NCBI GenBank assembly: GCA_031367385.1
Contig: JANLPS010000443.1
Span: 1-10,089 of the forward strand
DNA from: Archangium sp.
GTDB taxonomy: Bacteria > Myxococcota > Myxococcia > Myxococcales > Myxococcaceae
Direction of reading: 5' to 3'
Length of the DNA stretch: 10,089 nucleotides
A program made the translations under genes and the position numbers. Below are positions 1 through 6,680 of the stretch, piece by piece. The notes beneath the pieces were generated by a model that was not told the DNA's origin, searched no databases, and worked only from the letters and a program-made list of their open reading frames with translations. Within the stretch, counting starts at the first letter, position 1; the number at the start of each line of letters is the position of its first letter.

Positions 1-55
1 CGACCTTCTTCGAGCGCAACGCCTTCTTCAATCTCGCCTCTGTCTTGAGTCTCAT
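1..55 (-). CDS. 5' end of an unknown gene running off the left edge (MRLKTEARLKKALRSKKV...)
   Basis: ATG at 55-53 preceded by a GAGAGGG Shine-Dalgarno-like sequence 7 nt upstream; frame is open to the window edge. Only 18 codons are visible, so no product can be assigned. Confidence 0.55.
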   Translation of the reverse strand, partial: MRLKTEARLKKALRSKKV

Positions 56-102
56 GTGTGCACCCTCTCGGCCTTGATCGGCCGCGGGCGCCTACTTCAC
101 TC

Positions 103-132
103 TCAACGACTCAAGAAAACGGTAGTCGCTGA
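103..132 (-). other. RNA stem-loop just downstream of the ZU5-like gene stop
   Basis: Minus strand reads TCAGCGACT-ACCGTTTTCTTG-AGTCGTTGA: 9-bp stem with one G.U pair and a 12-nt loop. No U-tract follows, so it is not a clear intrinsic terminator. Confidence 0.3.
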
Positions 133-136
133 ACGC

Positions 137-640
137 TTACGCTCCTACATCCTGCGGCTCATCGAGTGAACCGACGAAGCCCGACGAGAAGTGCGTCACC
201 TCTGCGCTCACGATCGCGCCATCGACGCTCGAAGCCAGCGCCTCGAACTCGGTCGCACTGCCCCGCTTGGTCCAGAACACGACCAGGTGCCTCCCGCCGG
301 CGACGGTGGGTTTGAGCTCAACCCTGACCGGCTTCTCGAACACCAGGCCCTCGGGCTCGAACTTGTAAACCGGAGAAAACGCACTGAACTCAGAAGGCGC
401 GGCCGCGGTGGTCGAGGTCACCGTGAACGTCGTACCGGCCGCGATGGCGCCAACCGGCACGGTGAGAATCGCTCCTGAGATCTCGACGACGCCGCCTGTG
501 CTATCGAGACTCTTGTGGGTCGTTGCGCCAGTGCCGGTGGGGTTGGCCTCGCCGATCAGCCCGGGTGCTCCGCAGCTCACGATTACGACTGCCGACATCA
601 CCATCGAGACCACTGCTGCGCGCAACGCCGACACCGTCAT
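137..640 (-). CDS. Putative lipoprotein with a ZU5-like beta-sandwich domain (167 aa)
   Basis: Start re-assigned to ATG at 640 (GGAGG 4 nt upstream). Hydrophobic N-terminus ending in lipobox-like VIVS-C. ZU5-like pattern GGVV..GAILTVPVGAI...SPVYKFEPEGLVFEKPVRVEL...AEVTHFS. Confidence 0.75.
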   Translation of the reverse strand: MTVSALRAAVVSMVMSAVVIVSCGAPGLIGEANPTGTGATTHKSLDSTGGVVEISGAILTVPVGAIAAGTTFTVTSTTAAAPSEFSAFSPVYKFEPEGLVFEKPVRVELKPTVAGGRHLVVFWTKRGSATEFEALASSVDGAIVSAEVTHFSSGFVGSLDEPQDVGA

Positions 641-775
641 GCTGCCTCCGAGCTGTGATGAGCGAGCGGCGAACTCTGAAGGGCCGCCGCGTGAAGCGTC
701 AAGCCGCGGCCTTTTCGCGTCGCCAAGCACGCTTTTTCACGATCGCGCCGTGCCCAACTGAGACGCCCAGGCTCA

Positions 776-795
776 CTGAATTCAGCGGCATGCCG
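776..795. promoter_or_regulatory. Two abutting perfect 10-bp palindromes in a divergent intergenic region; possible operator
   Basis: CTGAATTCAG (776-785) immediately followed by CGGCATGCCG (786-795). The palindromes are seen directly; the regulatory role is inferred. Confidence 0.25.
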
Positions 796-824
796 AGAGC
801 GACGCCGCCCCTTGCGAACATCGA

Positions 825-1289
825 ATGAAGTCGTCAGCGACCAGCGACGAAGGCCACTGCCATGGCGTAAAACCACGGAGTGCCCACACCCTCTCGAGCA
901 GCGCTCTTCGTCAAACCCGCATCACCGACCGAGGCGTCGTATGCCTCGAACGGGGCGACTCTGCCGCTCCGGCGATTGCGGCTGACCGGCCCCTGACGCT
1001 GACCGTTGCGTTCGGCGTGTGCCTCAGCAGCTCATGCGACGGCGGCCGTGTGGCCACGTGCTCGGTGACTCGAAGCGGTTCGACGCTCGACGTTCACAGC
1101 GAGTTCTCTTGGTCACGCAGGCTGCTTTCGAGCTGCACGCCTGACTGCGGCGGTGGGCTGGAGGCACGCTGCTCAACGAAGCCACTGCCGCCGGGCACCT
1201 ACACGCTTCGCATGGCGGGCGAGACGACGACGATCGAAGTCGGAGGCGCGGGCCCGAGCGTGCCCTGCCCCGACCTCATGGTGAAATAA
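825..1289 (+). CDS. Cys-rich hypothetical protein with an Ig-like C-terminus; 5' end uncertain, possibly disrupted
   Basis: Eight Cys from VVC onward (CLSSSC, ATCSV, CTPDC, ARCST, VPC) and PLPPGTYTLR, a typical beta-sandwich end. The first ~30 codons look non-coding and no signal peptide is in frame. Confidence 0.65.
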   Translation: MKSSATSDEGHCHGVKPRSAHTLSSSALRQTRITDRGVVCLERGDSAAPAIAADRPLTLTVAFGVCLSSSCDGGRVATCSVTRSGSTLDVHSEFSWSRRLLSSCTPDCGGGLEARCSTKPLPPGTYTLRMAGETTTIEVGGAGPSVPCPDLMVK

Positions 1290-1292
1290 CGC

Positions 1293-2132
1293 CTACAGCG
1301 ACGAGGCGTACTCGAGGAGGGTGACGGCCGTCTTGCCGGTGAGCGCGGGCGTGCGATCGACCTCTTCTCCGGTGATCACGCCGTCTTTCTTGCTCTTCGG
1401 CTTCGCGTCAGGGTTGGCGAGGTCGACGATCTTCGCGCCGTCGGCCTTGACCAGCTTGGTCTGCGCGCGCTCGAGGGCCGCGATCACCTCGGCGCCATCG
1501 GGGCCAGCAGAGCCATCACCACGCGAGGTGACGCCGTTACACGCGGTCAGGAGCGCCACGCGGCCCCTGGTCGACAACCCGGCGGCATTCGCGGCCTCGC
1601 GCAGAGCGTTGACGAGCAGATCATCGTACTTCGCCGGGTCTTTCTTGAGCAGCTCCGTCGCGGCGTCGACGACCGGCCTCAGCGTCTCGACCGCCGAAGC
1701 GATCTTCGCGGTCGTAGCCTTCACCGAGACGTTCATCTTCGGCTTGTTCCAGAAATCGAAGCTTCGGTTCGTGTCCATGTAGCTGTGCAGCGCGTCGGCG
1801 AGCGGGTTGTCGAGGGCCCGCAGCTCACGGCCGTCGATGTACCCATCATTCACCCGGCCCGAGGCGCTCTCTCTGAACATCGCGTTGGTCGCCTTGGTGA
1901 CCTCGGCGCGAATGTCGTTGCCCGTCGGCAGCCCACCGACCGTGGCCTTGGCCTGCGCGTAGGCGACCTTGAGGGCCGCAGCGCCCTCTTTGCCCATGTT
2001 GGTGTTCGCTTCGACCTTTTTCACCTCAGCGTCGAGGCCCGCCTTGGTGATGTGCTTGTCGTCGCCCATCTCGTACGCCGCGAACGAAAGGCGTGAATTG
2101 GCGGTCGAGAGACCTGCTTTTCGAACTGACAT
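1293..2132 (-). CDS. Hypothetical helical protein with two internal repeats, each carrying an EF-hand-like DGxIxGxE motif (279 aa)
   Basis: Start re-assigned to ATG at 2132 (GGAG 7 nt upstream). Codons end mostly in G/C. Motifs NDGYIDGRE and KDGVITGEE sit at equivalent positions in the two halves. Confidence 0.8.
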   Translation of the reverse strand: MSVRKAGLSTANSRLSFAAYEMGDDKHITKAGLDAEVKKVEANTNMGKEGAAALKVAYAQAKATVGGLPTGNDIRAEVTKATNAMFRESASGRVNDGYIDGRELRALDNPLADALHSYMDTNRSFDFWNKPKMNVSVKATTAKIASAVETLRPVVDAATELLKKDPAKYDDLLVNALREAANAAGLSTRGRVALLTACNGVTSRGDGSAGPDGAEVIAALERAQTKLVKADGAKIVDLANPDAKPKSKKDGVITGEEVDRTPALTGKTAVTLLEYASSL

Positions 2133-2228
2133 GGGGGAGCTCCGCGAAATGGGTGATGCCCAGTTCTCTTCGCGGTGCGGGCGAAGTTGCGCCAAAGCGG
2201 CGGTTTCTCGAGGGGTAAGAGCGGTTTC

Positions 2229-3629
2229 CTAGAGGGTGAGACGAATCAGCGCGCGAATCGCGTCATGGAGCGCGAAACGCAGCTCGCCTTCGCCCGCCTC
2301 GACGACTTGAATCATCGCCGCGTCACGCAGGGTCTCGAGCAGCTCGAGGGCCTCGGGGTGCAGCTGCTCGGCGCGCTCGAGGGTCACCGAACCGTTCACA
2401 AGGGCCAGCTCACCGAGCAACGCCCGCTCGGTGGGTTTGAGCAACGACCAGGTCGCATCGAAGGCACCACGGAGATCATGCGAGTGCGAAGTACCCCGAG
2501 CCGCGAGCAACTCGACCGTCAGCGCCAGCCCATCGAGCGCCCGCGCCGAGCTGGCCCCTCCGCCCGAGCGCGCGAGGTACAGGGCCTGCGCATCGGCTTC
2601 GCTGAGCAGCGGGAGCGCAAAGACCACTTCACCGGGCTGCCCGGTCGGCTCACGCGCGGCGATCACCTCGACCTTGGGCCCGACGCGGTCGATGAGCTCC
2701 AGCGCCACTCGCGATTTGCCGGCTCCAGAGCGCCCGACGATGGTGATCGTGGTCGCACCTGTCGCGACGATGGCCTGCAGCTGCGACAGCTCAGCTTCGC
2801 GGCCAACGAACGAGCTCATCGGCCGCTCGAGCCGCCTGGCCACACTCGAGCCGACCATCGGCGCGGTGGGTGACTCGAGCAACTCGAGCAGCGTCAACCG
2901 CACCTCATCGCAGCTGGCGAACCGCTCGCCTGGGTCGCGGGCCAGCATTCGGCGCACCACCTGCTCAACCTCGCGATCGACCTGATGAAGCGTGGGCACC
3001 ACCGCCGCATCGGTGAGCGCGACCGTCTGCGCATCGCTCTCGCCGTGAAAGAGGCCGCGGCCCGACAGCAGCTCCCAGAAAATCACGCCGAGCGAGAACT
3101 GATCATCATCGCCCTCGGGCGCTCGGTACTCGAGGGTGCCGCCCCCGCGCGCTCCGGAGACTCCGAAGTCGATGACCTTCACCACGCCGTCGCCGCGAAT
3201 CAGCACGTTGCGAGGCGTCACGTCACCGTGCAGCGCGTGCAGTGCCTGACCCCGCACATCGCGGGCCGAGTGCACCGCCGCGAGCGCCCCCGCCACGTCG
3301 GCCACGATGCGCAGCGCCTCGTTCACCTCGAGCGGGCCCAGCGCCATCAGCTCGTGAAGAGACGTGCCCGCGACGTACTCCATCGCAATGAACCACTGCC
3401 CTTGGGCCTGCCCCAGCTCGAGAATCTTGACCAGGTTCGGGTGCCGCACCAAAGACGCGATTCGGGCCTCATCGACGAACCGCGCGCGCGCCACCGCATC
3501 GGCCGTCAGGTGTGGCAGCAACCGCTTGACGACCAGGGTCTCATCGCCGCGGCGGGCGAGAAACACCTCACCCATGCCGCCCGAAGCGATTCGGGTGATC
3601 AGCTGATAGCGCCCGAACGCGACCGGCAT
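2229..3629 (-). CDS. Hanks-type Ser/Thr protein kinase fused to a reduced STAND-type (COG3903/AfsR-like) P-loop domain and winged helix
   Basis: Kinase motifs: IASGGMGEV, LVVK, DEAR, HPN, HGDVTPRN, DFG, APE, DQFSLG. STAND motifs: SFVGREAE, Walker A GRSGAGKS (2712-2735), REPTGQPGE, LDGLALTVELLAAR, RFALHDAIR. The TGAGG RBS overlaps the upstream stop codon. Confidence 0.88.
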   Translation of the reverse strand: MPVAFGRYQLITRIASGGMGEVFLARRGDETLVVKRLLPHLTADAVARARFVDEARIASLVRHPNLVKILELGQAQGQWFIAMEYVAGTSLHELMALGPLEVNEALRIVADVAGALAAVHSARDVRGQALHALHGDVTPRNVLIRGDGVVKVIDFGVSGARGGGTLEYRAPEGDDDQFSLGVIFWELLSGRGLFHGESDAQTVALTDAAVVPTLHQVDREVEQVVRRMLARDPGERFASCDEVRLTLLELLESPTAPMVGSSVARRLERPMSSFVGREAELSQLQAIVATGATTITIVGRSGAGKSRVALELIDRVGPKVEVIAAREPTGQPGEVVFALPLLSEADAQALYLARSGGGASSARALDGLALTVELLAARGTSHSHDLRGAFDATWSLLKPTERALLGELALVNGSVTLERAEQLHPEALELLETLRDAAMIQVVEAGEGELRFALHDAIRALIRLTL

Positions 3630-3633
3630 CGCC

Positions 3634-5100
3634 TCACCGCACTTCGGTCACTTTGAGCGAGCCGATCAGCGGAGTGATCTCGGCGTTCGACTCTTCGCCC
3701 ACGCCGAAGTGGGTGGCGTCGGCGACGTCCTGGCCGAAGGTCGGGTCCAACTGCGTCCATTCTCCGACGTAGGCTTCGACCCACTCGTGCCAGTACAGCG
3801 CGGGCACGTTGTCTTCGTTCATCACGTACACCACGCCGTCGATGCGCTTGGCCGGTATGCCGCTGGCCCGCAGCAACGACACCGCGAGCAGCGAGTGCTC
3901 GGTGCAATCGCCGCGCATCGTCTTGAGCACGTCGGTCGAGCGGTCTGACGAGTACCCATAGTCTGACTTCACGTTCTGGTAGACCCACCGTGAGATTTTC
4001 TTCGCCGCCGTCCACGCGTCTTTTTCGTCGCCGATGATCTTCTTCGCGGTGGCCTTCATCTCGGCATTGCTGGCCTCGACGGTGATGGTGCTCTCGAGGT
4101 TCACGCCGCCGCTGGGGTCGGTCAACGGCCGCGAGCCACGCTTGGTGGGTACCGCCGAGCTCAAGGTGACTTGGACTTTGTCTCCAGGCAGCGACGCGTA
4201 CTGCTGGCGGTAGGTGCCGTTGCGAAACTTCTCGGGCAGCCCGGCCATCACCAACGTCCACGAGCCGGGCACCATGCGTGCTCCCGGAGGGGCGGGCTTG
4301 GGCAAGACGACTCGGGTCAAGCCGAACACTTCGACCACGTCGAAGCGCTTGGCCACCTCTTCGGGCTCGGCGTTGGCCGTCATGGTGCTGCCCGACTTGA
4401 CCTCGAGGGTGCGGCCCTTCTCGTCGAAATAGACCTCGGTGGGCACCTTCTCTTTCTCTGAAGTGGTGACCGCTTTCTGCAGCTTCACTTTGACGCCGCG
4501 AACCAGGCGGGTTTCTTCGGGCTCGAAGGTAGTGACGACCTTGTAGAACTTCAGGTCGATGGTATCGAGCGTCGTGCCGGTGAACCCGGCCTTGCGTTTG
4601 AGCACCAGGCGCGGTTGATCGGCGTCTTCAACCGTCTCGAGTGACCCCTTGATCGCGATGGTGTCGTTGGGCTGGCCCGGGCGCACGCGCAACACGCTGA
4701 AGCCCTCGGGCGTGCTCATGCCTTCGAGCACCTGATTGCCGCCATCGCCTGATTGCTCGAGGCGAAAAGAGATGAGCTTGCCGTGGGGCTTGGCCTCATA
4801 GACTTTGGTCTCTTTCAAGTTGCGCACCGAATCGCGGGTGCCGACCTTGACCTTGAAGCGGTAGTCGCTCACCGAGGTGAACTGATCGGGCCTCGGGCCA
4901 ATCTTGGCTTGCAGAAAGAGCCAGCCCACCTTCTTGCCCATCAGGTAGAGGCCGAAGAACTCACCCTCGGCCGGGCGTGAGGCGGTCACGGCGTCAGAGA
5001 GCGCGGAGGGCTTGGCAACCGCAGCCGGCACGGGTGCCTCGGCCTGCGCCGAAAACGACAAGAAGCTGAACAAGACAAGGTATTTGAAGGGGTGGAGCAT
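3634..5100 (-). CDS. Exported transglutaminase-like (TGc) domain protein
   Basis: Sec signal peptide MLHPFKYLVLFSFLSFSAQA. C-terminal Cys-His-Asp triad in GDCTEHS, WHEWVE and WTQLDPT. Confidence 0.9.
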   Translation of the reverse strand: MLHPFKYLVLFSFLSFSAQAEAPVPAAVAKPSALSDAVTASRPAEGEFFGLYLMGKKVGWLFLQAKIGPRPDQFTSVSDYRFKVKVGTRDSVRNLKETKVYEAKPHGKLISFRLEQSGDGGNQVLEGMSTPEGFSVLRVRPGQPNDTIAIKGSLETVEDADQPRLVLKRKAGFTGTTLDTIDLKFYKVVTTFEPEETRLVRGVKVKLQKAVTTSEKEKVPTEVYFDEKGRTLEVKSGSTMTANAEPEEVAKRFDVVEVFGLTRVVLPKPAPPGARMVPGSWTLVMAGLPEKFRNGTYRQQYASLPGDKVQVTLSSAVPTKRGSRPLTDPSGGVNLESTITVEASNAEMKATAKKIIGDEKDAWTAAKKISRWVYQNVKSDYGYSSDRSTDVLKTMRGDCTEHSLLAVSLLRASGIPAKRIDGVVYVMNEDNVPALYWHEWVEAYVGEWTQLDPTFGQDVADATHFGVGEESNAEITPLIGSLKVTEVR

Positions 5101-5151
5101 GAGGGCCTCGAAGAGAGTAGCAGGCCCTGACGTTCAGCTCCCGCGCCGAAT

Positions 5152-5616
5152 TCACAGCCGCTTGGCGAGGATGATCAGGTCTTCGCCGGGCTTGTAGAAG
5201 TCGCGAAAGCGCGACTCTTCTTTGTAGCCCATCGAGGCGTAGAAGCCGCGGGTGGGGCCATAGGCCTCCATCGCGCTGGTCTCGACTCGAATGACCCGGC
5301 CTTTGCGGCGGCGCAGGTCGCCCTCCATCGCCGAGACCAAGGCCGCGCCGACGCCCTGCCCGCGCACCTGCGGGTCTGAGGCGATCCAGTACAAGTCATA
5401 GGTGCCGTCGGTCATCGGCGTCGGCCCGTAACAGACGTACCCGACGACCCGCTCTCGAACGGCTACGAAGACCTGGTAGTCACTGTTGTTCGGCTGGAGG
5501 GCGACGTCGATGAGCTCGAGCGCGACTTGATGTTCGTCCGGCGTGAAGGTCTCGATGCGGCTGAGCAGTTCGGCGAGCGGCTGCCGGTCCGATTGCGCGA
5601 GGGGCCTGATTTCCAT
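5152..5616 (-). CDS. GNAT family N-acetyltransferase (154 aa)
   Basis: Start re-assigned to MEIRPL at 5616. Acetyl-CoA-binding motif A (IASDPQVRGQGVG) and TRGFYASMGY; also YDLYWIA, RVETS and DFYKPGED. Confidence 0.92.
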   Translation of the reverse strand: MEIRPLAQSDRQPLAELLSRIETFTPDEHQVALELIDVALQPNNSDYQVFVAVRERVVGYVCYGPTPMTDGTYDLYWIASDPQVRGQGVGAALVSAMEGDLRRRKGRVIRVETSAMEAYGPTRGFYASMGYKEESRFRDFYKPGEDLIILAKRL

Positions 5617-6607
5617 GGCGTCGTTCTTCCGCGAGTTCCACCAGATGCATGGCCAAGTCGGTGTAGCCGATGCCTGCCGCGGCCGCCGCTTTGGCGAACC
5701 CCGCCTGCGGGTGGAGATCGCAGTTCGGGTTGATATCAATCACGAAGGGGTTGCCGGCGGCATCGACCCGAAGGTCGACCCGGCCGTAGTCGCGGCACTC
5801 GAGGGCGTCGAACGCGGCCAACGCCACCTCGATGCAGCGCGCCTCGATGGCCGGCGTGAGCACCGCGGGGGCCGACGGGCTGTCGATGCACTCAGGCGAC
5901 GCTTCGTCCCACTTGGCGATGTACGACAAGATGTTCGGCTGGTTGTCGAAGGCCTTGCCAAAGACGATCTCAGTCAAGGGGAGCGCCCGGCGAGCCGCGT
6001 TGCCCAACAGCGGCACGTAGATTTCACGGCCGGCGATGAAGGTCTCGACCAGGGCCGGCTGGCGAAAGGTGCGCAGCACTTTGCTGACCGCGCGGCCCAG
6101 GGCGGCCTGGTCGTGCACCACCGAGTCGAAGTCGATGCCCATCGAGGCGTCTTCGCGGGCCGGTTTCACGATGAGGGGAAAAGGGAGGTTCACCCGAACC
6201 AGGTCTTCGACGCGCTCGATGATGCAGAAGCCCGGGGTGGGCACTCCGCGGGCGAAGAGAATCTCTTTGGCCTTGTTCTTGTGCAGGGCCAGGGCCAGCG
6301 AGAGCGCCGAGCTGCCGGTGTAGGGCACGCCCAGCAGGTCGAGCATGGCCGGCACGAGCATCTCGCCCCGGCTGTCGGCCGCGAGCGACTCGCACAGGTT
6401 GATGACGACGTCGGGGCGACGGGCCGCGAACGTCTCGTGCATGGTGAACAAGTCTTGATCGACCGGCACCAGCTCGACGGTGCGCTTGCCACCCTCGAGA
6501 GAGGCAGCCAACGCCGCTGCCACGCGCACGACGTCTTCACGCGCCTCGCGGCCCGGGTCTTCGTCGAGATGGGTGTGGTCTCTGTTGTGGAGGAGCGCGA
6601 TGTGCAT
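5480..6607 (-). CDS. D-alanine--D-alanine ligase-like ATP-grasp enzyme (non-canonical paralogue)
   Basis: LGVPYTGS, HKNKAK, FPLIVKP, LVETFIAGRE, SYIAKW, DYGRVDLR, IDINPN. The last ~45 aa overlap the GNAT gene in another frame. Confidence 0.9.
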   Translation of the reverse strand: MHIALLHNRDHTHLDEDPGREAREDVVRVAAALAASLEGGKRTVELVPVDQDLFTMHETFAARRPDVVINLCESLAADSRGEMLVPAMLDLLGVPYTGSSALSLALALHKNKAKEILFARGVPTPGFCIIERVEDLVRVNLPFPLIVKPAREDASMGIDFDSVVHDQAALGRAVSKVLRTFRQPALVETFIAGREIYVPLLGNAARRALPLTEIVFGKAFDNQPNILSYIAKWDEASPECIDSPSAPAVLTPAIEARCIEVALAAFDALECRDYGRVDLRVDAAGNPFVIDINPNCDLHPQAGFAKAAAAAGIGYTDLAMHLVELAEERRHGNQAPRAIGPAAARRTAQPHRDLHAGRTSSRARAHRRRPPAEQQ

Positions 6608-6680
6608 TTTCAGAGCGGTCGCGCTCTATCACGCGATGTGAGACGAGAGCACGAACTTCACGAAGAAGGAGTCTACTCCC
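6608..6680. promoter_or_regulatory. Divergent promoter/RBS region
   Basis: 73 bp between divergent starts. Contains inverted repeats AGAGCG-N4-CGCTCT (6612-6627) and TCAC-N5-GTGA (6629-6641), and SD AAGGAG (6666-6671). Promoter hexamers were not identified. Confidence 0.5.

Noticed and set aside
641..730. ORF-track N-terminal extensions (730, also 2195 and 5739)
   Set aside because: Internal ATGs at 640, 2132 and 5616 have better RBS or domain-boundary support.
738..757. Sigma-54 promoter on the - strand (TGGGCACG...)
   Set aside because: The -24-like GGCACG is not followed by TTGC at the -12 position.
2175..3656. + strand ORFs of 232, 184 and 223 aa
   Set aside because: Antisense to the motif-rich kinase-STAND gene; Arg/Ser-rich shadow composition.
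3599..4261. 220-aa same-strand alternative-frame ORF inside the transglutaminase gene
   Set aside because: Arg-rich off-frame reading typical of high-GC genes; no RBS or motif support.
5152..6607. Graspetide (microviridin-like) RiPP cluster, suggested by ATP-grasp plus GNAT
   Set aside because: The ligase is Ddl-like rather than RimK/MvdD-like, and no precursor peptide with repeated core motifs or transporter is visible.
5480..6607. Calling the gene ddl or a van-type resistance ligase
   Set aside because: Key D-Ala-binding motifs are replaced and no vanH/vanX or dcw-cluster context is present.
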